Shown one piece after another: positions 50,776 through 60,935 of a stretch of DNA of 64,000 bases. The stretch is from an uncultured Actinomycetes bacterium. GTDB taxonomy: Bacteria > Actinomycetota > UBA4738 > HRBIN12. Under the pieces are notes generated by a model that saw only the letters and a program-made list of their open reading frames with translations, was not told where the DNA came from and did not search any database. The DNA is taken from NCBI GenBank assembly GCA_963823255.1, contig CAWGKU010000006.1, positions 57,904 to 121,903 on the forward strand. Reading direction: 5' to 3'. How positions within the stretch are numbered: the first letter of the stretch is position 1; each line of letters opens with the position of its first letter. Position numbers and translations under genes: made by a program.

Positions 50776-51915
50776 TCAGGCGAGCAGCTCGCCCGAGAAC
50801 CCGACGCCCTCGCGCTCGAGATCCGCGACGAACGCCGCCGGGTCGAACGCCGTCTCGGGCGGGTGCACGCCCGCCGGCACGCGGCCCTCCGCCAGCCAGC
50901 GCACGGTGGTCGCGATCGGGATCGCGGTCCCGAACGCGCCCGCCGACAGGCCTTCGGGGGACGGCTCGAGGCTCGCGAGCGAGCGGTACGTCGCCGGGGC
51001 GCCGGCCGAGGTGCCCGCGACCCGTACGTCGATCACCTCGCGGTCCGACGGCTCACCGTCGGCGGCCGAGAGCCGGTTCAGAACCGCGGCGAGCGTCTCG
51101 CGCGGGACGACCGGTCCGCTCGAGGTCATCACCGGGTCGCGCGACGCGAGCCCCGCCCGCACGAGGAAGACGAACCCCTCGTGGACCGGTCTCGGCAGCG
51201 CGAGCCGCCACCGAACGTCGCGCACGCCGGGGATCGTTCGGGGCAACGTGGCGGGCTCCGAGTGCAGCGTGTACATCGCCGGCTGCGTGCCGATCGGCTC
51301 GGGGAACGCCCAGTCGATCACACCCGACCCGGCCTCCACCTCGCGCAGCTCGCCGTCCTCGAACACGACCGCGGGCAGGGTGAATTCGTCCAGGATGGTC
51401 TCGGCCGAGTACGGCACGCCGAACGCGCCGCCGCCGTCGGACAGGTCGACCGCCCCGTCCACCAGGTCGATCGACCGGACCGAACCCTCGTCGAGCCGGT
51501 CGGCGCCCAGGCGCGCGAGGACGTTCGTGATGCCGGGGGCCGAGCCGATCCCCATCACCGCGGACAGGCCCGCCTCGCGGAACCGGGGGTCGAGCTCCCA
51601 CTGCTTGAGGGTGACGTGGTACAGGCCCCCGAGGTCCGCGTAATGGCACCCTGCCGCGAGCGCGGCCTCCATGACCTCGAGGTTGAGCCGGTAGGGCAGA
51701 CACGCGGCGACGGCCGAGACGCCCTCCAGGGCCGATGCGAGCTCGCCGCCGTGGGCGTCGAACCCGCGACCCTCGGCGCCCGCCCGCTCCGCGACCCGCG
51801 CGGCGCGTCCGGCGTCGACGTCGAGCACGAGCAGGTCGACGTCGTCGTGACGGGCGAGCAGCGTCGCGGCGGCACTGCCCATCGCACCCGCGCCGAGGAC
51901 CGCGATCCGGCTCAA
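50776..51915 (-). CDS. saccharopine dehydrogenase-family NAD(P)-binding protein
   Basis: Rossmann start MSRIAVLGAGAMGSAAATLLA; 379 aa. Confidence 0.6.
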   Translation of the reverse strand: MSRIAVLGAGAMGSAAATLLARHDDVDLLVLDVDAGRAARVAERAGAEGRGFDAHGGELASALEGVSAVAACLPYRLNLEVMEAALAAGCHYADLGGLYHVTLKQWELDPRFREAGLSAVMGIGSAPGITNVLARLGADRLDEGSVRSIDLVDGAVDLSDGGGAFGVPYSAETILDEFTLPAVVFEDGELREVEAGSGVIDWAFPEPIGTQPAMYTLHSEPATLPRTIPGVRDVRWRLALPRPVHEGFVFLVRAGLASRDPVMTSSGPVVPRETLAAVLNRLSAADGEPSDREVIDVRVAGTSAGAPATYRSLASLEPSPEGLSAGAFGTAIPIATTVRWLAEGRVPAGVHPPETAFDPAAFVADLEREGVGFSGELLA

Positions 51916-51925
51916 CCGGTCACGC

Positions 51926-53353
51926 TCAAAGCGGGATGTGCGACAGGACCATGATCCGCGGTTCGGTCATCTCCTCCATCGCGTACCGCAGCCCCTCGCG
52001 CCCGAACCCGGAGTCCTTCGAACCTCCGTACGGCATCTGGTCGGCTCGGAACGCCGAGACGTCGTTGACGATCACACCGCCGACGTCGATGTCGCGATGG
52101 GCCTGGAATGCCCGGTTGATGTCGTTGGTGAAGACGCCCGCCTGGAGCCCGTAGCGCGAGTCGTTGACGACGGCGATCGCGTCCTCGAACGTCTGGTACG
52201 GGCTGATCGTCACCACCGGGCCGAAGATCTCCTCGCGGCAGACCTTCATCTCGGGCCGGACGTCCCCGATCAGCGTGGGGTAGTAGAAGGGCTCCTCCGC
52301 CTTCCCGCCGGTCAGGATGGTTGCCCCCTGCGTGACCGCCTCCTGCACCCACTCGTCGATCCGCCCGACCTCGCTCCTCTGGATCACGGGGCCGACGTCG
52401 ACCGTCGGGTCCATCGGGTCGCCGACCTTCAGGCTCTCGACCTGCTTCACCAGGCGCGCCGCGAAGTCCTCGTAGACCTCGGACTGGACCATCACACGCT
52501 GCACGCTGATGCAGCTCTGCCCCGCCTGGTAGTAGCCGCCGAACGCGACCCGCTGCGCCGCCAGGTCCAGGTCCGCGTCCGAATGCACGATCACGCCCGC
52601 GTTCCCGCCGAGCTCGAGCGTGACGCGCTTCTTCGGGTCCAGACCCTTCAGGTACCAGCCGATGTCGCTCGAGCCCGTGAAGGAGATCTTGCGGAACCGC
52701 TCGTCCCGGGCCATCCCGTCCGCGACCTTGGAGGAGACCGGCAGCACCTGGAACATCCCGTGCGGCAGGTCTGTCTCGTCGAACAGCTCCGCCAGGCGGA
52801 GCGACCCGAGCGGGGTCGCCGACGCCGGCTTGACGACGATGGGCGCGCCGACCGCGAGCGAGGGCGCCACCTTGTGCGCCACCAGGTTCAGCGGGAAGTT
52901 GAACGGGGTGATCCCGAGCACGGGCCCGTAGGGGAACCGCCGGATCAGCCCGACGCGCGAGCCGAGCGAGGCCTCGGTGTCCAGACGGATCAGCTCGTCG
53001 TCCCCGCGCCGCAGGATCTCGCTGGCCCAGCGGAACGTCGAGACCGCCCGGGTCGCCTCCACCTTCGCCCACTTGAGCGGCTTCCCGCCCTCCTGGGCGA
53101 TCAGCTCGGCGTTCTGGTCGATCGACTCGCCCAGGCGGCGCGAGATGTGGTCGAGCGCGTCGGCACGGGCGTGCACCGGGAGGTTCCTCGACACCTCGAA
53201 CGTCTCGGCGGCCGTCGCGACCGCCTCCTCCACGTCCTCGGCCGTCGGCACGCCGATCTCGGCGACCACGGCGTCGTCGTAGGGACTGTGGACCTCGAAC
53301 GTCCCCTCGCCGGTCCGCCACTCCCCGTTCACCAGGAACGGTCGAACGCTCAT
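51926..53353 (-). CDS. NAD(P)-dependent aldehyde dehydrogenase
   Basis: FTGSSDIGW...LELGGNAGVIV...CREEIFGPVV...; ATG 53353 follows GGAAGGAAG. Confidence 0.8.
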   Translation of the reverse strand: MSVRPFLVNGEWRTGEGTFEVHSPYDDAVVAEIGVPTAEDVEEAVATAAETFEVSRNLPVHARADALDHISRRLGESIDQNAELIAQEGGKPLKWAKVEATRAVSTFRWASEILRRGDDELIRLDTEASLGSRVGLIRRFPYGPVLGITPFNFPLNLVAHKVAPSLAVGAPIVVKPASATPLGSLRLAELFDETDLPHGMFQVLPVSSKVADGMARDERFRKISFTGSSDIGWYLKGLDPKKRVTLELGGNAGVIVHSDADLDLAAQRVAFGGYYQAGQSCISVQRVMVQSEVYEDFAARLVKQVESLKVGDPMDPTVDVGPVIQRSEVGRIDEWVQEAVTQGATILTGGKAEEPFYYPTLIGDVRPEMKVCREEIFGPVVTISPYQTFEDAIAVVNDSRYGLQAGVFTNDINRAFQAHRDIDVGGVIVNDVSAFRADQMPYGGSKDSGFGREGLRYAMEEMTEPRIMVLSHIPL

Positions 53354-53391
53354 CGTCGGCTCACTTCCTTCCCTGTCTTCGCAGCGGCGTC

Positions 53392-54840
53392 CTAGTCGAG
53401 GGACGCCATCACGTGCTTGAGGTTCGTGTACTCCTCGATCGAGTAGATCGACATGTCTTTGCCGTACCCGCTCTGCTTGTAGCCGCCGTGCGGCATCTCG
53501 GGCGTGAGCGGGATGTGGGTGTTGATCCACACCGTGCCGAACTGCAGCTTGCGCGACATCCGCAGCGCCCGGCCGACGTCCCGCGTCCAGACCGATGCCG
53601 CGAGGCCGTAGTCGACGCCGTTGGCCCACTCGAGCGCGACGTCCTCGTCCGAGAACCGCTGCACGGTCACGACCGGACCGAACACCTCGTTCTGGATGAT
53701 CTCCGAGTCCTGCGCGACGTCGGTCACGACCGTGGGCGCGTACCAGGAGCCCGGCTGGTCGATCACCTCGCCGCCGATGTTGATCGTGGCGCCACCTTCG
53801 CGCGCGCGGTCGACGAACCCGCGGATCCGGTCGAGCTGCACATCGGAGACCACCGAGCCCATCGCGGCCTCGTCGTCGAAGATGTCGCCGACCTTCATCT
53901 CCGAGACCTTCGACACGACCTCGGACACCAGGTTCTCGTACACCTTGGGTCCCGCGATCACGCGGGTCGCAGCCGTGCAGTCCTGCCCCGAGTTGAAGTA
54001 GCCCGCGATCTGGATCCACTCGGCCGCCGCCGAGACGTCCGCGTCGTCGAACACGATCACCGGCGCCTTGCCGCCGAGCTCGAGGTGGACGCGCTTGAGC
54101 GTGTCGGCCGCGTTCTTGGCGATCAGCTTGCCGGTCGAGCTCTCCCCCGTGAGCGAGACGATCCCGACGTCCTTGTTCTTGACGATCGCGTCGCCCGCGG
54201 GGAGGCCGTCCCCCGTCACGACGTTGAACACGCCGGGCGGGAAGATCTCGGCCTCGGCGATCAGCTGCGCGAACCGCAGCAGGGTGAGCGGCGTGTTCTC
54301 GGCCGGCTTGATCACCACGGTGTTGCCGGCGGCGAGCGCGGGTCCGAGCTTCCACGCGGACATGTACAAGGGGTAGTTCCATGGGGCGATCAGGCCGGCG
54401 ACGCCGATCGGCTCGCGGCGCAGGATGCTCGTGAACCCCTTCATGTACTCGCCGGCGGCGAGCCCGCTGAGGACCCGGGCACCCGCGGCGAAGAACCGGA
54501 ACTGGTCGGCGATGACCGGGATCTCCTCGGACATCGTGAGCGCGAGGACCTTGCCCACGTTCTCCGACTCGAGGCGCCCGAGCTCGTCGGCGTTCTCCTC
54601 GACCAGGTCGGCCATCCGCAGCAGGGCTCGGCTCCGCTCCCCGGGCGTGGCGTCGGACCAGGTCTCGTCGTAGGTCTTCCTGGCGGCGGCGACCGCTCGG
54701 TCGACGTCGGCCGCGGACGCCTCCGGGACCTCGGCGATCACGTCGCCGTTGGCGGGGCTGACGATCTTGCGGGTCTGGCCGTCCGTGGCGTCCGCCCACT
54801 CGCCGCCGATGTACATCTTGTAGGTCTTCGCGTCGCCCAT
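53392..54840 (-). CDS. NAD(P)-dependent aldehyde dehydrogenase (aminobutyraldehyde / succinate-semialdehyde DH-like)
   Basis: [15 protein letters not shown]...[10 protein letters not shown]...EVFGPVVTV. Confidence 0.8.
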   Translation of the reverse strand: MGDAKTYKMYIGGEWADATDGQTRKIVSPANGDVIAEVPEASAADVDRAVAAARKTYDETWSDATPGERSRALLRMADLVEENADELGRLESENVGKVLALTMSEEIPVIADQFRFFAAGARVLSGLAAGEYMKGFTSILRREPIGVAGLIAPWNYPLYMSAWKLGPALAAGNTVVIKPAENTPLTLLRFAQLIAEAEIFPPGVFNVVTGDGLPAGDAIVKNKDVGIVSLTGESSTGKLIAKNAADTLKRVHLELGGKAPVIVFDDADVSAAAEWIQIAGYFNSGQDCTAATRVIAGPKVYENLVSEVVSKVSEMKVGDIFDDEAAMGSVVSDVQLDRIRGFVDRAREGGATINIGGEVIDQPGSWYAPTVVTDVAQDSEIIQNEVFGPVVTVQRFSDEDVALEWANGVDYGLAASVWTRDVGRALRMSRKLQFGTVWINTHIPLTPEMPHGGYKQSGYGKDMSIYSIEEYTNLKHVMASLD

Positions 54841-54997
54841 CCGGACCTCACCTTCCTGCGCCGGGACCCTCGCGGGTCGAACACTGCCGGCCAAAGTATG
54901 CCGAAAATCGGCCCGACGCAGGGCCCGCGCCGCACCGTGAGGGCCGGTTCCGCTTCGGAGCATCCGCGCGTAGCATGGGCGTACGGAGGTGGTGCCG

Positions 54998-55435
54998 ATG
55001 CGCCGCTACCTGATCGTGGCCAACCAGACCCTGGCCGCCGAACCCCTCGTCTCGCGGATGCGTGAGCTCGCCCGCGCCGCTCCGAGCAGCTTCCTCGTCG
55101 TGGTCCCCGCGACGCCGCCGCGCGACCATCTCTGGACCGAAGGCGAGGCCCGGGCAACCGCCCGCTCGCGCTTGGACGCGGCCCTGGCCCGGTTCGCCGA
55201 GCTCGGAGCCGAGGTCGAAGGGGAGGTCGGTGACGGGAACCCGATGCTCGCGATCGGGGACGCGCTGCGCGACCACGGGCCGTTCGACGAGATCGTGATC
55301 TCGACGCTTCCGAAGGGGCTCTCGAAGTGGCTCAAGGTCGACCTCCCCCATCGGGCGGAAGCGTCGTTCGGGCTCAGGGTCACGCACGTGGTCGAGGAGC
55401 CGGCGAGACCAACGTCCGGACGCCGCGCCTCCTAG
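54998..55435 (+). CDS. UspA-like alpha/beta protein (no clear ATP-binding motif)
   Basis: ATG sits 7 nt after GGAGGTGG; [15 protein letters not shown]...[10 protein letters not shown]. Confidence 0.4.
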   Translation: MRRYLIVANQTLAAEPLVSRMRELARAAPSSFLVVVPATPPRDHLWTEGEARATARSRLDAALARFAELGAEVEGEVGDGNPMLAIGDALRDHGPFDEIVISTLPKGLSKWLKVDLPHRAEASFGLRVTHVVEEPARPTSGRRAS

Positions 55436-55508
55436 CGCCGATGTGCCGGCACGTCGCCGAGACCCTCGGCGTGCGAGACTGAGCCTTCCACCGGAAAGGG
55501 GTTCGAGC

Positions 55509-56849
55509 GTGGACATCCCGCAGGAGCGCAAGGTCGTCACCGAGATCCCGGGCCCGAGGTCGCGCGAGTGGTTCGAGCGCCGCGCCACGGCCGTCCCACA
55601 GGGCGTGTTCAACACTCACCCGATCGTCACCGCGCGGGCGTCCGGCGCGATCATCGAAGACGTCGATGGCAACCGGCTGATCGACTTCGCAACCGGCATC
55701 TCCGTCCTGAACGTCGGCCACACGTCCCCTGCGGTCGTGGCGGCCGCGCAGCGCCAGCTCGAGCTCGACACCCACACGTGCTTCCACGTGACCGCGAACG
55801 AGCCCTACATCGAGCTCGCCGAACGGCTGAACGCGCTCGCGCCCGGCGACGCTCCGAAGAAGACGATGTTCGCGAACTCGGGAGCCGAGGCCGTCGAGAA
55901 CGCCGTGAAGATCGCGCGCAAGGCGACGGGCCGCCAGGCGATCGTGACGTTCGACCACGCGTTCCACGGCCGGACGCTGCTCGCGATGTCGCTCACCGCC
56001 AAGGTCATGCCCTACAAGCAGGGCATGGGCCCGTTCGCGCCCGAGATCTACCGCCTCCCGTTCGCCTACCCGTACCGCTGGCCGGGCGGCGCTGAGCGCT
56101 GCGCCGAGGAGGCGCTCGACTACGCGCGCGAGGAGATCCACAAGCACATCGGCGAGGAGAACGTCGCCGCGGTGATCCTCGAGCCGATCCAGGGCGAGGG
56201 CGGCTTCATCGTCCCGGCGGAGGGATTCGTGAAGGGCCTGGCCGAGTTCTGCGCGGAGCACGGGATCGTCTTCATCGCCGACGAGGTCCAGAGCGGCATG
56301 GGCCGCGCCGGCCGCTGGTTCGCGATCGAGGACGAAGGCGTCGTGCCGGACCTGATCACGAGCGCGAAGTCGCTCGGCGGCGGCCTGCCGATCAGCGCCG
56401 TGACGGGCCGCGCGGACGTCATGGACTCGGTGCACGTCGGCGGTCTCGGCGGCACGTACGGCGGCAACCCGGTCGCCGCGGCGGCGGCGCTCGCGGTGCT
56501 CGACCAGATCGAGAAGGAGGGCCTGCTCGAACGCTCGCGCACGCTCGGCGAGAAGATCACCGGGCGGCTGCGCGAGATGCAGGATCGGCACCAGGCGATC
56601 GGTGACGTTCGAGGCCGCGGGATGATGAACGCGATCGAGCTGGTGACGGACCGCGGAACGAAGGAACCGCTCGACGGGCAGAGCGGGAACGCGATCGTGA
56701 AGCGGTGTCTCGAGGAGGGCGTCGTGATCCTCAAGGCCGGGACGTTCGACAACGTGATCCGGCTGCTGCCGCCGCTCACGATCGACGAGACGCTGCTCGA
56801 GGACGGGCTCGGCATCCTGGACGAAGCGATCGGCGCCGGCACCGGGTAA
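55509..56849 (+). CDS. gabT: 4-aminobutyrate aminotransferase (class III PLP aminotransferase)
   Basis: IADEVQSGMGRAGRWFA...SAKSLGGGLPISAV (PLP-Lys region); 446 aa. Confidence 0.8.
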   Translation: MDIPQERKVVTEIPGPRSREWFERRATAVPQGVFNTHPIVTARASGAIIEDVDGNRLIDFATGISVLNVGHTSPAVVAAAQRQLELDTHTCFHVTANEPYIELAERLNALAPGDAPKKTMFANSGAEAVENAVKIARKATGRQAIVTFDHAFHGRTLLAMSLTAKVMPYKQGMGPFAPEIYRLPFAYPYRWPGGAERCAEEALDYAREEIHKHIGEENVAAVILEPIQGEGGFIVPAEGFVKGLAEFCAEHGIVFIADEVQSGMGRAGRWFAIEDEGVVPDLITSAKSLGGGLPISAVTGRADVMDSVHVGGLGGTYGGNPVAAAAALAVLDQIEKEGLLERSRTLGEKITGRLREMQDRHQAIGDVRGRGMMNAIELVTDRGTKEPLDGQSGNAIVKRCLEEGVVILKAGTFDNVIRLLPPLTIDETLLEDGLGILDEAIGAGTG

Positions 56850-56890
56850 CGCCGGATCGGCCGGCCGGCTCCGTTGCTACCTTCGACCGC

Positions 56891-58171
56891 ATGAGCGACG
56901 AGCCGGACCCAAGGACGTCGCGGATCGGGGGGTTCGCCCGGCGGATCGCGGTCGACGTCACCCCGCTACGGACGTCGCGCGACTTCCGGCGGCTGTGGCT
57001 CGGGCTGGCGGCGTCGACGTTCGGGTCGCAGTTCACGATCGTCGCGACGTTCCTGCAGGTGTACAGCCTGACCGAGTCGACGGTCGCCGTTGGGTTGATC
57101 GGCCTGGTCGGGTTCCTCGCGCTCGTGGTGGGAACGCTGGCGGGCGGGACGTTCCTGGACGCGTTCGACCGACGGAAGATCCTGATCAGCGCGCAGGTCG
57201 GATACCTCGCGTCCTCGGGCCTGCTGTTCGCGGGGGCCGTCCACGGCGATCCGCCGCTCGCCCTGATCTACGTGGCCGTGGCCGGCATCGCCGCGACGAG
57301 CGCGATCGACAGCCCCACCCGCAGCGCGATGACCCCCCGCCTGCTCGACAAGACCCAGCTGCCCGCGGCCGCCGCGCTCAACCAGATCATCTGGAACGGC
57401 GCCGGCCTGATCGGGCCCGCGCTCGCGGGGATCGTCGTCGCGGGCTTCGGGTTCTCGTGGGCGTACGCGATCGACCTGATCTCGATCGGCCTGTTGCTGC
57501 TCGCCTCGATCTCGATCCGCCCGATGCCGCCTTCGGAGGGCGAACGAGCGGCGGTGGGGTGGCGCGCCGTGAAGGAGGGGTTCGCGTTCCTACGAGGCCG
57601 CCAGGTGCTGCAGTCGACGTTCGTGATCGACATCATCGCGATGGTATTCGGCATGCCCCGGGCGCTGTTCCCGGTGCTCGCGATCACGCAGTTCCATCGC
57701 GGCGCGGCCGTGGTCGGGCTCCTGTTCGCGGCGCCCGCCGTGGGCGCGTTCGTCGGCGCGGCGACGAGCGGCTGGGTCGGCCGGATCCGCCACCAGGGTC
57801 TCGCGGTGATCTGGGCGGTCGTCGTCTGGGGCGCGGGCATCGCGGCGTTCGGGCTGGTGGGTGCCCACCTGTGGCTCGGCTTCCTGTTCCTCGCGATCGC
57901 GGGGGCGGCCGACGTGATCTCGGCCGTGTTCCGCAACACGATCCTGCAGGTCACCGTCCCCGAACATCTCCGCGGCCGGCTGTTCGGCATCCACATCCTG
58001 GTGGTGACCGGCGGGCCGAGGCTCGGCGACCTGGAGGCCGGGCTGGTCGCTGCGGCCTTCTCGCCGATGGCGTCGGTGGTCTCGGGCGGGCTCCTGTGCA
58101 TCGCCGGGGCCGCGACCGTCGCGTGGCGAGCCCCCGCGTTCCGCCGGTATCACGCGGGCGACCCGGGCTGA
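56891..58171 (+). CDS. MFS transporter (EntS-like exporter)
   Basis: DFRRLWLGLAASTFGSQF..., 12 TM helices. ATG sits 7 nt after TACCTT. Confidence 0.7.
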   Translation: MSDEPDPRTSRIGGFARRIAVDVTPLRTSRDFRRLWLGLAASTFGSQFTIVATFLQVYSLTESTVAVGLIGLVGFLALVVGTLAGGTFLDAFDRRKILISAQVGYLASSGLLFAGAVHGDPPLALIYVAVAGIAATSAIDSPTRSAMTPRLLDKTQLPAAAALNQIIWNGAGLIGPALAGIVVAGFGFSWAYAIDLISIGLLLLASISIRPMPPSEGERAAVGWRAVKEGFAFLRGRQVLQSTFVIDIIAMVFGMPRALFPVLAITQFHRGAAVVGLLFAAPAVGAFVGAATSGWVGRIRHQGLAVIWAVVVWGAGIAAFGLVGAHLWLGFLFLAIAGAADVISAVFRNTILQVTVPEHLRGRLFGIHILVVTGGPRLGDLEAGLVAAAFSPMASVVSGGLLCIAGAATVAWRAPAFRRYHAGDPG

Positions 58172-58172
58172 C

Positions 58173-58178
58173 TAAGCT
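58173..58178 (+). promoter_or_regulatory. -10 box TAAGCT 6 nt upstream of the GTG (leaderless)
   Basis: TAAGCT-cgcgcc-GTG, immediately after the MFS stop. Confidence 0.35.
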
Positions 58179-58184
58179 CGCGCC

Positions 58185-59878
58185 GTGGTCCCACCGCGCG
58201 CCGACCTCGTCGAGCTCCGCGTGCTCGACGGTCCGAACCTGTACTTCCCGCGGCCCGCGGTGAAGCTCACGATCGCGGTCGGGGGTTGGGTCGAGGTCCC
58301 CGAGGAACGCCTGGCGTCGGCGCTCGAACGCGCGGGCGCGACCGGACGCCCCGGTCGTCCCGGATCGGACCAGCGGCGGCGAACCGTGGCGCGGCTGGCC
58401 GCTCGGCTCACGTGGCGGCTCGCGACCGCGAGCCGCGTTCGGCTCGCGGTCCGGAGCCGCCCGGGTCCCGAACCCGACCAGGTCGTCGTCGCGTTCCCGT
58501 GGCGGCGGCGCGGTGCGGCCGAGGCGCTCGGGCTCGAGGTGGCGCCGCTCCTGCACGAGGTGGGCGGTCGTCGTTCGGTCGACCGGCTGATCGCTGAGGC
58601 GGCCGCCCGGGTCGCGGAGGTCGAGCCGGGCGAGGAGCCCGAGGTCACCGACCCGGCGATCCCGGTCGTCTCGATCACTGGGACCAACGGCAAGACGACC
58701 ACCGTTCGGCTGTTGGCCCACATCGTCCGGTCGGCCGGCCAGACCGTCGCGTACTCCTCCACGGATGGGGTCTATCGCGGCGACGGCGAGCTGATCGAGG
58801 AGGGCGACTACTCGGGGTTCGGCGGCGCGGCCCGGGCGCTCGCCGAACGCCCCGACGTCGCCGTCCTGGAGACCGCGCGCGGCGGCATCCTGCTCCGCGG
58901 GATCGGCGTGCTCCACAACGACGTCGCGGTCGTGACCAACGTGTCCGAGGACCACCTGGGCCTGCACGGGATCGAGACGATCGACCAGCTCGCGGAGGTG
59001 AAGGCGACGGTCACGCGGATCACGCGGCCGGACGGGTGGGACGTGCTGAACGCCGACGACCCGCGGGTCCTCTCGATGCGCCGGCTCGCGACGGGCCGGC
59101 CCTGGCTCTGCTCGCTCGACCCCGGGCACCCGGCGATCCGCGACACCCTGGCCGACGGAGGCCGCGCGACCGTGCCGCTGGACGGCTGGCTCACGGTGCT
59201 CGACGGGTCGTCGTCGCGAGCGTTGCTCGAGCTGATCGACATCCCCGTCACGATCGCCGGCGTCTCGCGCCACAACGTGATGAACGCGATGCAGGCCGCG
59301 TCCGCCGCGCTCGCGATCGGGCTGCCCGAGCGCGCGGTCGTGAAGGGGCTGACGACGTTCGTCACCGATCCCGAGCGCAACCCGGGCCGAGCGAACCTGT
59401 TCGGGCTCGACGGGCGGGTGATCGTGATCGACTACGCGCACAACGAGGCCGGGATGCGGGGGTTCACGGAGATGTGCAACGGCCTGCGCAAGCCCGGCCG
59501 CGAGATCTGGCTGGTGATCTGCACCGCCGGGGACCGGACCGACCAGATCCTGCACGGGTTCGCCTACGCGGCCGCTCGGGGCGCCGACCACGTCGCGGCC
59601 GCCGAGCTCCTGCGGTACCTGCGCGGCCGCGACCGCCTCGACGTGATCGAGCGCCTCATCGCGGGCGCGCGGGACGGCGGCGCCTCCGAGGTGGACGCCT
59701 ACGCGGACGAGCTCGCGGGGCTGCGCGGGCGTGTTCGGACGTTCCCAGCGCGGCGACGTCATCGGCGTGACCGCGCTCGGCATGAGGAACGAAGTGTTCG
59801 GATGGCTCGAGGCTGCCGGGGCGAAGCGGCTCACACCCGCTGACGTGAAACGGCTCGTCAAGCGGGCGGCCTCCTAGA
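58185..59878 (+). CDS. CphA-N-terminal-domain + Mur-ligase (central/C-terminal) protein lacking the ATP-grasp module; apparent frameshift near 59730
   Basis: LRVLDGPNLYFPRPAVKLT (CphA_N-like), ITGTNGKTTT (Mur ligase P-loop), DYAHNEAG. The C-terminus continues in another frame (...GDVIGVTALGMRNEVFGWLEAAGAKRLTPADVKRLVKRAAS*). GTG sits 6 nt after TAAGCT. Confidence 0.5.
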
Positions 59879-60935
59879 GTCCGAGGCGCTCCTCGGCGAG
59901 CTTCGTCCCCTCGATCCGCGCGCGGATCTTCTCGAACGCGACGTCGCGCGACGTCGAGTCGTCGTCGCCGAACGGCGAGAAGCCGCAGTCGTCCGTCGTG
60001 CCGAGCCGGTCCTGCGGCAGGCGATCCGCCGCCTCGAGCACGCGGTCGCGCACCTGTTCCCGCGACTCGACGGCCGCGTCGATCGGATCGATCACGCCGA
60101 CGAAGACCCGTTGATCGGGCCGCAGGTTCTCCGCGATGATGTCGAGGACCCGACCCGGGTCCTGCTCGCCCGCCATCTCGACGTACACGTTGCCGACGTT
60201 GAGCTGGAACAGGTCGGGCAGCAGCTGGGCGTAGTCGACGTCGGCGCTGTGCGTCGAGTCCATGTCCCCGCCCGGGCACGTGTGGACGCCGATCCGGGAC
60301 CGGTCCTCGACCGAGAACCTGTCGAGTACCCGGTTGTTGAGCGCCACGAAGTCCCGGAGGAGTCCGCCCGACGGATCGAACTTGCACGCGAGCCGGCCTT
60401 CGGTGAAGTCGATCTGGACCTTGTGGGCGCCGGCCTCCAGCGATCCGCGGATGTCCTTCTCGCACTCGGCGACGAGGTCCTCCACGAACGCATCGCGGGA
60501 GTACCCCTCGATCCCGTCCTGCGGGTAGAGGAGGCTCAGGACCGACGCGGCGATCACGGCCTGCTTGACCGGCACGTGCGCCTGCTTCTTCGCCTCCTGC
60601 AGGTAGCTCGCCGCGTAGGTCCCGAACCGGAACGGTCCCGACGCGAGGATCGGCAGCTGCCGGGTATGGCCGTCCGCGAACGGGATCACGAAGCCGTCGG
60701 CCGCGAGGTTCGTCACGCCGTCGAGCGGATAGGTCACGAAGCTCGACTTGGTCTGCTCGCCGTCCGAGATCACGGGCGAGCCCGTCTCCTCGAAGCGCTG
60801 GATCGTATCCGAGAGCGCCTCGTCCTGCAGCGCGCGGAGCTCCTCGGGCGAGATCGTTCCCTCCGCGAACGCAGTCTGTCCGTCGATCAGGGTCTTCGGT
60901 CTCGGGATGCTGCCGATGGGCTCGGTGGGGATCAT
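59874..60935 (-). CDS. MetE C-terminal-domain-like (cobalamin-independent methionine synthase II / UROD-fold) methyltransferase
   Basis: MIPTEPIGSIPRP...; IGVHTCPGG...; CGFSPF. ATG sits 6 nt after GAAGGAG. Confidence 0.6.
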   Translation of the reverse strand: MIPTEPIGSIPRPKTLIDGQTAFAEGTISPEELRALQDEALSDTIQRFEETGSPVISDGEQTKSSFVTYPLDGVTNLAADGFVIPFADGHTRQLPILASGPFRFGTYAASYLQEAKKQAHVPVKQAVIAASVLSLLYPQDGIEGYSRDAFVEDLVAECEKDIRGSLEAGAHKVQIDFTEGRLACKFDPSGGLLRDFVALNNRVLDRFSVEDRSRIGVHTCPGGDMDSTHSADVDYAQLLPDLFQLNVGNVYVEMAGEQDPGRVLDIIAENLRPDQRVFVGVIDPIDAAVESREQVRDRVLEAADRLPQDRLGTTDDCGFSPFGDDDSTSRDVAFEKIRARIEGTKLAEERLGL

